Below, piece after piece: positions 25,248 to 36,548 of a stretch of 36,555 nt of DNA. Numbering within the stretch: the stretch's first letter is position 1; each line of letters opens with the position of its first letter. The translations under genes and the position numbers were made by a program. The DNA lies in contig DASQYY010000137.1 of NCBI GenBank assembly GCA_035638975.1, positions 1 to 36,555 of the forward strand. The letters run 5' to 3'. The stretch is from Gaiellales bacterium. Lineage in GTDB: Bacteria; Actinomycetota; Thermoleophilia; Gaiellales; JAICJC01. A model generated the notes under the pieces. That model worked only from the letters and a program-made list of their open reading frames with translations. It did not search any database and had not been told where the DNA came from.

Positions 25248-26830
25248 CTCGGCCGCGGCGCGAGCAGCCGGGCCACCCGCTCGGTGCCGATGCCGCTGAC
25301 CAGCAGCCGTTCACGCCGGTCGGAGAGCAGATGCTGCGTCCAATCGACGGTGCCTCCGTCGGCGACCGAGTACGTCGTGCCGGCCAGCTCGGCGTCGATG
25401 TTGAGCGAGATGCCGCGGTAGTAGCCGACCGCATGCAACCGGCCGGGCCGAAAGCCGAGCCGGGCACCCGGGAACCGGTCGGCCAGCGGCGCGAGCACCC
25501 GGTCGGCCATGCGCCCCAGCCGTTCCCATCCCGCGGGGGCGGAGGCCGAGAAGCGGGGCAGCTCGACCCCGGCGCCGGCCAGGATGTGCTCGGGGTCCGC
25601 GCCGCTGATCCGCCACTCGGCGGCGAGGTCGAGGAGATCGACACCGGCGCCGCGGCACCGGGAAGCGAGGGCGGCAGTGTCGCTGACCTCAACGGTGACC
25701 CGGCCGACCGCATGGCCGCTGCGTCGGAGCCGCTCGAGCATCTCCAGGTAGACGGCCAGCTGCGCACGGAGCGCCCAGGTCGCAAACCCGTCGCCGGGCA
25801 TGGCCCGCCCGCCGCTGGCGAGCGTGAACAGGCCGAAGTGGCGTTGCCAGCCGGCCGGTGGCTGCTGCATCCGCAGCACCCGAGCGTTCGCGGCGAGCGC
25901 GGGCTGCGCCTCGCCGGCCCGCCGGCGAAGCGCGACCTCGAGCGCAAGGCTGCTGGTTGGATCGGCGAGCACCTCGCCGCCCCTCACCGTCGCCACGCTG
26001 AGGTTCTGGTCGAGCCCGGCGAGCACCGCGTTGGTCGCTCCCGGGGCGACCGGCGGGAGGGTGACCGCCTCGAACGCCTGGGCGGCGTCCAGCGCCGATG
26101 CCTCCACCTCGTGGAGCAGCCGTGCATCGACCGGCGCCGGCTGGTACACGTCGCTGCCGAGCCGATCCGACAGCAGATCGGCCGGGGCCCTGCGACGGGC
26201 CCGCGAGCGCGCCAGGTGGAGCATCAGCGACCGCTGGTCGCCGGCCGGCAACGCCTCGATCAGGGCGAGCGGGTCGTGACCGGCCAGCGCACCACGCAGC
26301 CGGGCGATCACGGCCCCGTCCGGCGGACGGTCGAGCGGCCGCGCCATCCGCAGCTCCATCAGCTCCGGAGCCGCCGCCGCCGGGTGCGGCCCGGCGATCA
26401 CCTCGAATCCGGCGCGCCGGTAGAGGTCGATCGCGGCGCGGTTGTGCTCCCGCACGTCGAGCTCCACCGTGGTCGCACCGACGCGCTTCGCCCACGCACA
26501 GACCGCCTCGACCAGCTCGGAGCCCAAACGGCGGCCGCGGGCGGCCGGCTCCACCCACATGGCGACCAGCAGGGCGGCCCGGTCCTCGCCCAGCCGAAGC
26601 CCGGTCGCGCTGCCCAGGTGCCGCTCGCCGTCGACGGCAACGAAGGTCGCGACACCCAGGTCGCCCGCCGCTCTGCGGGCACGGTCCTCCCAGAACGCGG
26701 GCGGCTCGGCGGCCTCCTCGTCCAGCCGGCTGTGGAAGGCGTCCGGCGAATCCGCGAGCATCGCCAGCCGCACCCGCCGCAGCTCCTCCGCCTCTGAGGG
26801 ACGCAGCCGGCGGACGACCACGCCGCTCAC
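25244..26830 (-). CDS. fusion protein: N-terminal GNAT acetyltransferase plus a C-terminal class II aaRS-like (HisRS/HisZ-like) core, 528 aa
   Basis: GNAT part: LLVAMWVEPAARGRRLGSELVEAVCAWAK...LDVREHNRAAIDLYRRAGF. C-terminal part has motif-like strings: AFEAVTLPPV; VRGGEVLADPTSSLALEV; ARVLRMQQPPAGWQRHFGLFTL; AVGYYRGISLNI...ADGGTVDWTQ...LVSGIGTERV. GTG 26830 overlaps the antiporter stop (GTGA). Its stop overlaps the infB stop on the other strand (CTAG, 25244-25247). Confidence 0.7.
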   Translation of the reverse strand: MSGVVVRRLRPSEAEELRRVRLAMLADSPDAFHSRLDEEAAEPPAFWEDRARRAAGDLGVATFVAVDGERHLGSATGLRLGEDRAALLVAMWVEPAARGRRLGSELVEAVCAWAKRVGATTVELDVREHNRAAIDLYRRAGFEVIAGPHPAAAAPELMELRMARPLDRPPDGAVIARLRGALAGHDPLALIEALPAGDQRSLMLHLARSRARRRAPADLLSDRLGSDVYQPAPVDARLLHEVEASALDAAQAFEAVTLPPVAPGATNAVLAGLDQNLSVATVRGGEVLADPTSSLALEVALRRRAGEAQPALAANARVLRMQQPPAGWQRHFGLFTLASGGRAMPGDGFATWALRAQLAVYLEMLERLRRSGHAVGRVTVEVSDTAALASRCRGAGVDLLDLAAEWRISGADPEHILAGAGVELPRFSASAPAGWERLGRMADRVLAPLADRFPGARLGFRPGRLHAVGYYRGISLNIDAELAGTTYSVADGGTVDWTQHLLSDRRERLLVSGIGTERVARLLAPRPS

Positions 26831-28305
26831 GCCTCGACCTCCGCCTCCGCCTGGCGACCCTCGAACAGCCCGGCCAGCCCGTCGCTCGCACCGAGCAGCA
26901 GCACCTCGTCTCCGGCCTCGAGCACGGTGCTCCCGCGCGCCTGGAGGGCTGCGCCGTCGCGGATCAGGAGGCTGATCCAGGGGTGGCGGCCCAACGGCAG
27001 GTCGCGGATCGCGACGCCGTCGGCGGCAGACCCGGCCTCGACAAGAACCCGGCGCACGCCGCGCGGCTCGTCGCGCAGCCCCACCGAGACGTGCCACGGC
27101 TCCCTGTCGCTCTGCGTCATGGGAACGCCCGCCAGGCGCGCGGCCACGCTGACCAGCGACCCCTGCACGACCACCGAGAACATCACCACGACGAACACGA
27201 TCCCATAGATCCGGTGCGCGTCCTGGGCGCCGTCCAGCAGGGCGAAGGCGGCGAGCAGGATCGGCACCGCGCCGCGCATGCCGGCCCAGGAGATGAAGGC
27301 CTTCTCGCCCCGGCGAAGGTCGGCCGGGGCCAGCATCGCGGCCACGACCACGGGCCGCACGGCGAACGTCAGCACCGCGGCGATGAGGAGCCCGTCCAGC
27401 CACACGTTCTGCAGGCCCAGCGTGCCGATATCGATGGTCAGCCCCAGCGCCACGAACACGACGATCTCGCCCAGGCTGGCGAGCACCGACGTGACGTGCT
27501 CGACCTCCTGCTTGTAGGGCGCCCGGAGGTCCCCGACCATGATGCCAGCGACGAACACGGCGAGGAACCCGGATCCGTGCGCCACGGCGGCGACGCCGTA
27601 GACGATGCCCGCTCCGGCGAGCGTGAGCAGCGGATACAGCGCCTCGTCGGGGAGGGTGACGCGGCGCATCGCCCGGCCCAGCAGCACCCCGCCCAGGACG
27701 CCGACGGCCAGCCCCACCGCCATCTCCACGGCGAAGTCCGACAAGATCGTCGCGACCCCGCCTCCGCCGCCGTCCGCCGCGTCGAGCAGCCCGATCACGA
27801 GCGCGATGCCGACCGGATCGTTCATGCCTGACTCGCCCTTGAGGATGTCGTCGCTGCGGCCCGCCACCTCCCGTCCGCCGAGCACCGAGAACATGACCGC
27901 AGGGTCGGTCGGGGCGACGGCGGCGCCGATCAGCAGAGCCGGCGTCCAGCCGAAGCCCAGCACCGCGTGGACGAAGACGGCCACCAGGCCGGCCACCGCG
28001 AAGGTGCCCGGGACCCCCAGCGCGACGATCGGCAAGAGCGATCGGCGAAACCGGCTGAGGCCGATGTCCATGCCGCCGTCGAACAGGATCACGATCAGCG
28101 CGACCAGGCAGATCCGCTCGACGTCGCGGATGGAGAGCAGCGGGGTCAGCGACGGGGTGATGTCCGACGACACCGCCGCGACCGCGAGGAAGAGCGCGGG
28201 CGCGGGGATGCGCAGCCGGTCGCTGACACGGCTGGAGAGGATGGCCGCAGCGAAGCCGACCGCCACGATCAGCACCGCGCGGCCGATCTCGGCGGCGTCG
28301 GTCAT
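26827..28305 (-). CDS. K+/H+ (cation:proton) antiporter, NhaP2/CvrA-type, with a C-terminal TrkA-C domain
   Basis: Polytopic: ...ILFDGGMDIGL...APTDPA...ESGMNDPVGIALV... Soluble C-terminus: ...VAIRDLPLGRHPWISLLIRDGAALQARGSTVLEAGDEVLLL. Confidence 0.9.
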   Translation of the reverse strand: MTDAAEIGRAVLIVAVGFAAAILSSRVSDRLRIPAPALFLAVAAVSSDITPSLTPLLSIRDVERICLVALIVILFDGGMDIGLSRFRRSLLPIVALGVPGTFAVAGLVAVFVHAVLGFGWTPALLIGAAVAPTDPAVMFSVLGGREVAGRSDDILKGESGMNDPVGIALVIGLLDAADGGGGGVATILSDFAVEMAVGLAVGVLGGVLLGRAMRRVTLPDEALYPLLTLAGAGIVYGVAAVAHGSGFLAVFVAGIMVGDLRAPYKQEVEHVTSVLASLGEIVVFVALGLTIDIGTLGLQNVWLDGLLIAAVLTFAVRPVVVAAMLAPADLRRGEKAFISWAGMRGAVPILLAAFALLDGAQDAHRIYGIVFVVVMFSVVVQGSLVSVAARLAGVPMTQSDREPWHVSVGLRDEPRGVRRVLVEAGSAADGVAIRDLPLGRHPWISLLIRDGAALQARGSTVLEAGDEVLLLGASDGLAGLFEGRQAEAEVEA

Positions 28306-28364
28306 GCGGCCATCGTAGTTGCCGCGGGCACCGCCACCCGGCCCGCCCTCCTAGACTGGGGTGG

Positions 28365-28673
28365 ATGACGGAGGGCTTCGTCGGCATCCTGCGGTTCGAG
28401 CTGCATCTTCCCGCGAACGGCTCCCTCAAGGGCAAGCGGAAGGTGCTGCTGCAGGTGAAGAGCAGGCTCGAGCGCAGGTTCGGGGCGTCCGTCGCCGAGA
28501 CCGGCTATCACGAGCTCTGGCAGCGAGCCCAGCTCGTGATGGTGGTCGCACGCCGGGAGTCGTCGGAGGCCGTGCACGCCCTCGAGCAGGCCCGCGGCTA
28601 CCTTTCGTCGCAGGAGTTCGAGCTTTCGCGCTCGGACTGGCAGGTGGTGTCCGTCGAGGAGGCGATCGGGTGA
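28365..28673 (+). CDS. ylxP: DUF503 (YlxP-like) protein
   Basis: GILRFELHLPANGSLKGKRKVLLQVKSRLERRF... is typical DUF503. Its position immediately before rbfA is conserved. Confidence 0.85.
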   Translation: MTEGFVGILRFELHLPANGSLKGKRKVLLQVKSRLERRFGASVAETGYHELWQRAQLVMVVARRESSEAVHALEQARGYLSSQEFELSRSDWQVVSVEEAIG

Positions 28674-29047
28674 GCGAGCGGATGCGGCGGGTGAACGAGT
28701 CGCTGCGCAAGGTGCTGGCCGACGGTGTCGAACGCCTCGGCGACCCGTCGATCGGGTTCGTCACCGTGACCGGCGTGCGCGCCACGACCGACTTCAGCCA
28801 GGCTGTCGTCTACGTCAGCGTGCTCGGCAGCGACAAGCGGCGCGCGCGGTCGCTGGCTGCCCTCGAGCGCGCCCACGGCGTGCTGCAGCAGCGGGTCGCC
28901 CGGGAACTGCGCCTGCGGCGTACCCCTCAGCTGATCTTCCAGTATGATGAGACCGTTGACCGCGCGCTGCGCATGAGCGAGCTGATCGATCAGGTCGTGC
29001 CAGCGTCATCGCAGGAGCAGCGCGGCGACGACGACTCCTCCACATGA
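28670..29047 (+). CDS. rbfA: ribosome-binding factor A
   Basis: RMRRVNESLRKVLADGVERL.DP..GFVTVTGVRATTDFSQAVVYVSVLG...LRRTPQLIF. GTG 28670 overlaps the ylxP stop; ATG 28682 is the alternative start. Confidence 0.9.
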   Translation: MSERMRRVNESLRKVLADGVERLGDPSIGFVTVTGVRATTDFSQAVVYVSVLGSDKRRARSLAALERAHGVLQQRVARELRLRRTPQLIFQYDETVDRALRMSELIDQVVPASSQEQRGDDDSST

Positions 29048-30066
29048 CCGATACCGAGACGACGACCCGCGACCTCGCCGAGGTGGTGGCCGCCCTTGCG
29101 GCCGCCGACCGGATCCTGATCGCGTCCCACGAGAACCCCGACGGCGACGCGATCGGCAGCATGTCCGCCGCGGCTCAGGCGCTGCGCGGTGCCGGGAAGC
29201 AGGTGCGCCTCTACCTGCACGCCGACTCGCCGCTGCCCCACGAGTACGGGTTCCTGGCCATGGACGGCCTCGAGCGCCAGATCGATCCGGGCTCGACCGC
29301 GGGCTGGACGCTGCTCGCTGTCGACTGCGGCAACGAGTCGCGGCTGGGGCCTGACCACGAGCAGCTGCGGGCGGGGTTCGACCAGGTGATCGACGTCGAC
29401 CATCATCACGACAACTCACGGTTCGGCGACGTCAACTACGTCGACGGCCATGCCTCGTCGACCGCCGAGATCCTGGCCCGCATCTTCGACGGGCTCGGCA
29501 TCGAGCTGACGCCACCCGTCGCCGAGGCCCTGTACGTCGGCCTCGTCACCGACACCGGCCGCTTCCAGTACCGCACCACCAGCCCCGCAGCGCTGCGCCT
29601 GGCAGCCCACCTGGTGGAGGCCGGCGCCGACGTGCACAAGGTGTTCGAGCTCGTGTTCGAGACTGTGCCCTACGGCAAGAAGCGGCTGCTCGGCCGGGTG
29701 CTCGAGCACATGCAGCGTTACGAGGGCGGTCGGCTGCTCGTCAGCTACGTGACGCGCGACGACCTGGCCCTGGTCGAGGGCGACGAGGCCACGACGGAGG
29801 GCCTGATCGACGATCTCCGCGAGGTGGACGGCGTGCAGGTGGCGGCGCTGATCCGCGAGCAGGTGCCGCTGGACGACGGGACGATCACCCCCAACCGCGT
29901 GTCGCTGCGGTCGCGCGGCTCGATCGACGTCTCGCGCATCGCCCGCAAGTCGCAGGGCGGGGGCCACAAGCAGGCGGCCGGATTCTCGCATCCGGGCTCG
30001 ATCGAGCAGATCCGCCAGTTCATCGTCGACGAGGTGGCCAGCCAGCTCGCCGAGTCGGCGGCCTGA
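29044..30066 (+). CDS. nrnA: DHH-family phosphoesterase (NrnA-type oligoribonuclease / pAp phosphatase)
   Basis: ILIASHENPDGDAIGS...AVDCGN...IDVDHHHDN...GLVTDTGRFQY...GGGHKQAAG. These are the DHH and DHHA1 motifs. Confidence 0.88.
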   Translation: MTDTETTTRDLAEVVAALAAADRILIASHENPDGDAIGSMSAAAQALRGAGKQVRLYLHADSPLPHEYGFLAMDGLERQIDPGSTAGWTLLAVDCGNESRLGPDHEQLRAGFDQVIDVDHHHDNSRFGDVNYVDGHASSTAEILARIFDGLGIELTPPVAEALYVGLVTDTGRFQYRTTSPAALRLAAHLVEAGADVHKVFELVFETVPYGKKRLLGRVLEHMQRYEGGRLLVSYVTRDDLALVEGDEATTEGLIDDLREVDGVQVAALIREQVPLDDGTITPNRVSLRSRGSIDVSRIARKSQGGGHKQAAGFSHPGSIEQIRQFIVDEVASQLAESAA

Positions 30067-30088
30067 TCCGCTCCGTAGACTGCGCGGC

Positions 30089-30934
30089 GTGACAGGGTTG
30101 CTGCTCGTCGACAAGCCCGCGGGCCCGACGTCCTTCGACGTCATCCGGCGCCTGCGCCCGGTGCTCGGCTCCAAGCTCGGTCATGCCGGCACGCTCGACC
30201 CGTTCGCCACCGGCCTGCTGCTGATCCTGGCCGGGAGGGCCACCCGGCTCGCCACCTTCCTGTCCGGGCTGGACAAGAGCTATCGCGCGGTCGTCCAGTT
30301 CGGATCCGAGTCCTCGACGCTCGACCCCGAGGGCGAGCTGCGGCCAACCGGCCGCGTTGCGGACGAGGCCTCCGTGCGCTCGGCCGCCGCAGCGATGACC
30401 GGGACGCTCATGCAGCAGGTGCCGCTGGCGTCGGCCGTGCGGGTCGGCGGTGAGCGCTCCTACGCCCGCATGCGGCGCGGCGAGCGCACCGCGCCGCCGC
30501 CGCGCGAGGTGCGGATCGACGCGCTCGACGTGGAGGCGTTCGACCCGCAGGCGCAGCGCGCGACGATCCACGTGCGCTGCTCGAAGGGCACGTACGTCCG
30601 CCAGATTGCGGCCGATCTGGGAGCCGCCACCAGCGCCGGCGCGTACTGCGCCGAGCTGCGGCGCCTCACCGTCGGCCCGTTCTCGGTGGACGACGCCGGG
30701 GCTCCTGCTGCGATCGACGAGCAGCCGGACGGGCCCTGGCACCGCAGCCTGCGCGAGGCGCTGCCGCACCTGCCGGAGCGCCTCCTCACCGAACAGGAGC
30801 GTGACGGCGTGCGTCACGGCCGGACGGTGGCGGGTGAGGCGGCGGGGCCGGTGCGGCTCGTCTACGGCGGGGAGCTGATCGCCGTCGCGCGAGGCGGCGA
30901 GAACGGCCTGCAGCCGGTGACGGTGCTTCAGTGA
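30089..30934 (+). CDS. truB: tRNA pseudouridine(55) synthase
   Basis: GLLLVDKPAGPTSFDVI...GHAGTLDPFATGLLLIL...KSYRAVVQFG. Confidence 0.93.
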   Translation: MTGLLLVDKPAGPTSFDVIRRLRPVLGSKLGHAGTLDPFATGLLLILAGRATRLATFLSGLDKSYRAVVQFGSESSTLDPEGELRPTGRVADEASVRSAAAAMTGTLMQQVPLASAVRVGGERSYARMRRGERTAPPPREVRIDALDVEAFDPQAQRATIHVRCSKGTYVRQIAADLGAATSAGAYCAELRRLTVGPFSVDDAGAPAAIDEQPDGPWHRSLREALPHLPERLLTEQERDGVRHGRTVAGEAAGPVRLVYGGELIAVARGGENGLQPVTVLQ

Positions 30935-31860
30935 TCGTCGCCGGCCTGGATGCGGTCGATCCGGCGCCGCGCGTCGTTGCGCTGGGGAGCTTCGACGGCG
31001 TCCACCTGGGGCACCAGCGCGTGATCGGAAGGACGGTGGAGGCCGCCGGCGAGCGGGGCGTCCGCCCGGCCGTCGTCACGTTCGAGCCCCACCCGATGCG
31101 CGTCCTGCGGCCTGAGCTGGCCCCGCGCGAGCTGTCCACCCCCGCGCGGCGCGCCGGGCTGATCGAGCAGCTCGGCCCCGATGAGCTGGTGGTGATCCCG
31201 TTCACCCATGAGTTCTCGCTGCTCGACCACGAGCGGTTCGCCGAGGAGGTGCTGCGCGACCGCCTGAGCGCCGTGCTCGTCATCGTCGGCAGCAACTTCC
31301 GCTACGGCCACCGCGCTCAGGGCACCATCGAGACGCTCGCCGCCTCGGGGGCGCGCCTGGGGTTCGACGTCGAGCCCTCACCGCTGGTCGAAGTGGACGG
31401 CACGCCGGTCTCGTCGTCACGCGTCCGTGACCTGCTCTCGGCCGGCGAGGTGGCGCATGCCGAGCGGCTGCTCGGGCGCCACCCCTGGCTGGACGGCGTG
31501 ATCGTGCGCGGCGACGGTCGCGGGCGCGAGCTCGGGTTCGCGACGGCGAACCTCGAGTGCTCGCCGCAGACCGCCTTCCCGGCGACCGGCGTCTACGCCG
31601 GCCGTGCGCACGTCGCCGCGGGCAGCCACCTCGCGGCCATCAGCGTGGGATACAACCCGACCTTCACGGACGACCGCGAGCACCTGCGCGTCGAGGCGCA
31701 CCTGCTCGACTTCAACGCCGACCTGTACGGCCAGCCGATGCACCTTGAGTTCACGCGTCGGCTGCGGGGTGAGGAGCGGTACGGCTCAGTGGAGGAGCTG
31801 GTGGAGCAGGTGCACCGGGACATCGCGGCGGTGCGATCCGGGGGTCAGGCGGAAGCCTGA
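30931..31860 (+). CDS. ribF: bifunctional riboflavin kinase / FMN adenylyltransferase
   Basis: VALGSFDGVHLGHQ...VTFEPHP...G.NFRYGH...SSSRVR...V.RGDGRGRELGFATANL...GVYAG. GTGA overlap with the truB stop. Confidence 0.93.
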   Translation: MIVAGLDAVDPAPRVVALGSFDGVHLGHQRVIGRTVEAAGERGVRPAVVTFEPHPMRVLRPELAPRELSTPARRAGLIEQLGPDELVVIPFTHEFSLLDHERFAEEVLRDRLSAVLVIVGSNFRYGHRAQGTIETLAASGARLGFDVEPSPLVEVDGTPVSSSRVRDLLSAGEVAHAERLLGRHPWLDGVIVRGDGRGRELGFATANLECSPQTAFPATGVYAGRAHVAAGSHLAAISVGYNPTFTDDREHLRVEAHLLDFNADLYGQPMHLEFTRRLRGEERYGSVEELVEQVHRDIAAVRSGGQAEA

Positions 31861-31862
31861 CC
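31843..31862. terminator. GGTCAGGC-GGAA-GCCTGACC hairpin spanning the ribF stop codon (possible bidirectional terminator; GGGGTCAG family)
   Basis: Perfect 8-bp stem with a 4-nt loop. The ribF TGA (31858-60) lies in the 3' arm. The convergent S51 gene stops at 31865-67, 3 nt beyond the hairpin. Confidence 0.45.
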
Positions 31863-31864
31863 GC

Positions 31865-32545
31865 TCATAGGCTCCGCACCGCCAGCGGCGTCTCGCCCGT
31901 CGCCTCCACCCGGAACGCCCGCCCGCCGTCGCGCTCGCTGATCGCCTCGTGCAGCTCCGTGCCGATGAAGTGCAGGCCGACGCCGTCGTCGGCGGCCCAG
32001 CCGGGCGGCAGTGCGCCCTTGGCAACCCACCTGGTGTAGGTCGGCCGGCGGAGCGGCTCTCCGTCGTAATGCGGGCAGAAGCTCCCCGGCAGCAGGCCGA
32101 GCCCGTCGTTCATCGGCCCCAGCCCCGCGCCGAACGAGTCCGTCGAGCAGCCCTCGAACCAGCAGTTGGCCCCGGCCGACAGCCCGCACAGGATCACGCC
32201 CGCCTCCCAGGCCGCGCGCAGCGCGGCATCGACGCCGTGCAGGCGCCAGACCGCAAGCATGTTGGCAGTGTTCCCGCCGCCCACGTAGACCACGTCCTGG
32301 TCGAGCAGGAACGCCGTGATGTCCGAGACCTCGCGCCAGAACAGGCCGAGCACCTCGGTCTCCGCGCGGTCACCCAGCGCCTCGTGGAAGCGCGCGATCT
32401 TCTCCTGGCTGTCGCCGGCGGCGGTGGGCACGTAGCAGACCCGCGGGCGCGACTTGCCCGTCAGCCCGAGGATGTGGTCGTCCAGCGGCCGGCCGTCCAT
32501 CGAGAATCCGCCGCCGCCCATGGCGACGATCTGCCGCGTGCTCAC
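31865..32545 (-). CDS. peptidase S51 family (dipeptidase E / cyanophycinase-like) protein, 226 aa
   Basis: [11 protein letters not shown]...CYVPTAAGD...[21 protein letters not shown]...[19 protein letters not shown] 32545 overlaps the stop of the upstream gene (GTGA). Confidence 0.8.
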   Translation of the reverse strand: MSTRQIVAMGGGGFSMDGRPLDDHILGLTGKSRPRVCYVPTAAGDSQEKIARFHEALGDRAETEVLGLFWREVSDITAFLLDQDVVYVGGGNTANMLAVWRLHGVDAALRAAWEAGVILCGLSAGANCWFEGCSTDSFGAGLGPMNDGLGLLPGSFCPHYDGEPLRRPTYTRWVAKGALPPGWAADDGVGLHFIGTELHEAISERDGGRAFRVEATGETPLAVRSL

Positions 32546-33480
32546 ACGGCGACGGGCGTCACGCCCAGGCTCTCGAGCGTGCGTCGCAGGCCCTCGTCGA
32601 GCCCCACCTTCGGCTCCCACCCGAGGATCTCGCGTGCCCGCGTGATGTCCGGCTGCCGCACCTTCGGATCGTCCTCCGGAAGGCCCTCGAAGACGATCGG
32701 CGACGTCGTGCCGGTCACTCGCTGCACCCGCTCGGCCAGCTCGAGCAGCGTCATCTCGTTCGGGTTCCCGATGTTGACGGGCATGTGGTAGTCGCTCATC
32801 GCGAGCCGGAAGATGCCCTCGATCAGGTCGTCGACGTAGCAGAACGACCGCGTCTGGCTGCCGTCGCCGAACACTGTCAGCGGCTTGCCCTGCACCGCCT
32901 GGCGGATGAAGGTCGGGATGGCGCGCCCGTCGTGCTGCCGCATCCGCGGCCCGTAGGTGTTGAAGATGCGGACGATGTGCGTGTCCACGCCCTGCTGGCG
33001 GTGGTACGCCATCGTCATCGCCTCGGAGTAGCGCTTCGCCTCGTCGTAGACCCCGCGCGGGCCGACCGGGTTGACGTTGCCCCAGTACTCCTCCTGCTGC
33101 GGGTGCACCTCGGGATCGCCGTACACCTCGGAGGTGGAGGCGAGCAGGAACCTCGCGCGCTTGAACTTGGCCAGGCCGAGCGCGTTGTGCGTCCCGTAGG
33201 AGCCGACCTTCAGCGTGTGCAGCGGCAGGCGGAGGTAGTCGACCGGGCTGGCCGGGCTGGCCAGGTGGAACACCGCCTCGACCTGGCCCTCGACGTCGAT
33301 GTAGTCGACGCAGTTGTGGTACCGGAACTGGAAGGCGTCGTCACGCAGGTGCTTGACGTTCTCGAGGGAGCCGGTGTCGAGGTTGTCGAGGCAGACCACA
33401 CGCCAGCCGCGCTCGAGCAGGTACTCACAGAGATGGGAGCCGAGAAAGCCGGCGCCGCCGGTGACGACTGCAGTGCTCAA
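32542..33480 (-). CDS. UDP-glucuronate decarboxylase (UXS-type SDR epimerase/dehydratase)
   Basis: [35 protein letters not shown]...[10 protein letters not shown]...YDEAKR...[13 protein letters not shown] start at 33480. Confidence 0.9.
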   Translation of the reverse strand: MSTAVVTGGAGFLGSHLCEYLLERGWRVVCLDNLDTGSLENVKHLRDDAFQFRYHNCVDYIDVEGQVEAVFHLASPASPVDYLRLPLHTLKVGSYGTHNALGLAKFKRARFLLASTSEVYGDPEVHPQQEEYWGNVNPVGPRGVYDEAKRYSEAMTMAYHRQQGVDTHIVRIFNTYGPRMRQHDGRAIPTFIRQAVQGKPLTVFGDGSQTRSFCYVDDLIEGIFRLAMSDYHMPVNIGNPNEMTLLELAERVQRVTGTTSPIVFEGLPEDDPKVRQPDITRAREILGWEPKVGLDEGLRRTLESLGVTPVAV

Positions 33481-33646
33481 GCGATGAGAACCTCCTGGTT
33501 GCCTGGCTCAAGCCTACAGCCGTCGCCCGGGAGCGGAAGCACCCCTGTGCTACCCTGCCAGGCGACCGCACCGCGGACCGGCGCCGCTTGCCAGCGCCGA
33601 TCTGGGATGCAGGCGACTACGAGCACACGGCAAGGAGGTGGTAGGC

Positions 33647-33916
33647 GTGCCGCTTACCCAGGAGCAGAAGCAGGAGATCGTCGGGAAGCACGGCCGGGAC
33701 GAGAAGGACACCGGCTCCACGCGAGTGCAGATCGCACTCCTCACCCAGCGGATCACCGAGCTCACGGAGCACATGAAGGTGCACCAGCATGACCACCACT
33801 CACGCCGCGGCCTGCTGAAGCTGGTCGGCCGCCGGCGCCGGCTTCTGACATATCTGCAGAAGCACGACCTGGAGGGCTACCGGGCCCTCATCAAGGAGCT
33901 GGGCCTGCGCCGCTAG
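33647..33916 (+). CDS. rpsO: 30S ribosomal protein S15 (89 aa)
   Basis: (V)[72 protein letters not shown] 33647 lies 8 nt after AAGGAGG and gives the canonical length. Confidence 0.95.
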   Translation: MPLTQEQKQEIVGKHGRDEKDTGSTRVQIALLTQRITELTEHMKVHQHDHHSRRGLLKLVGRRRRLLTYLQKHDLEGYRALIKELGLRR

Positions 33917-33985
33917 GGCGCGATGGCAGCTCAACGGAGGATGGGCCGGCGATCCGGCCGGCCCGCGGAAGGGACAGACGAGGAC

Positions 33986-36463
<2,478 letters not shown>

Positions 36464-36477
36464 GGAGAACGGCGGGG

Positions 36478-36513
36478 TCAGCTGGGGTCAGCCTTCGGGC
36501 TGACCCCAGCTGA
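36478..36513. terminator. long perfect hairpin after pnp, TCAGCTGGGGTCAGCC-TTCG-GGCTGACCCCAGCTGA
   Basis: 16-bp perfect stem with a UUCG-type tetraloop, 15 nt after the pnp stop. No U-tail. The core is identical to the hairpin after rpoZ. Confidence 0.6.
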
Positions 36514-36515
36514 GA

Positions 36516-36548
36516 ACCCCGGCCGCAACCGGGGTCAGGCTAGACCCC
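36516..36548. repeat. two overlapping, mutually exclusive short hairpins built on GGGGTC
   Basis: ACCCCGG-CCGCAA-CCGGGGT (36516-36535) and GGGGTC-AGGCTA-GACCCC (36531-36548) share nt 36531-36535. The window ends at 36555, so the element may continue. Confidence 0.4.

Noticed and set aside
25157-27831. Plus-strand ORFs 25157-26797 (546 aa) and 26098-27831 (577 aa), which would keep the infB-rbfA operon co-oriented
   Set aside because: Their translations are extreme Arg/Pro/Gly/Ala low-complexity sequence. The minus-strand frames give a clean GNAT, an aaRS-like core and a polytopic antiporter.
25244-28435. 1063-aa minus-strand ORF, the longest in this region, read as a single giant gene
   Set aside because: Only its last 528 codons (from GTG 26830) look like a real protein, the GNAT plus aaRS-like fusion. 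Upstream the translation is Arg/Gly/Pro/Ala junk. It overlaps, in another frame, a convincing 492-aa antiporter (26827-28305) with normal TM composition.
33481-33646. Possible S15 autoregulatory leader upstream of rpsO: CTTGCC at ~33591 can pair with GGCAAG next to the SD, there is a near-repeat GCCGCTTGCC / GCCGCTTACC, and a possible TGC-TACCCT -10 lies at 33548-56
   Set aside because: The helices are short (5-6 bp), I cannot establish a pseudoknot or three-way junction by eye, and the -35 is absent. It is worth a cmsearch with S15-leader models but is not supportable as a feature.
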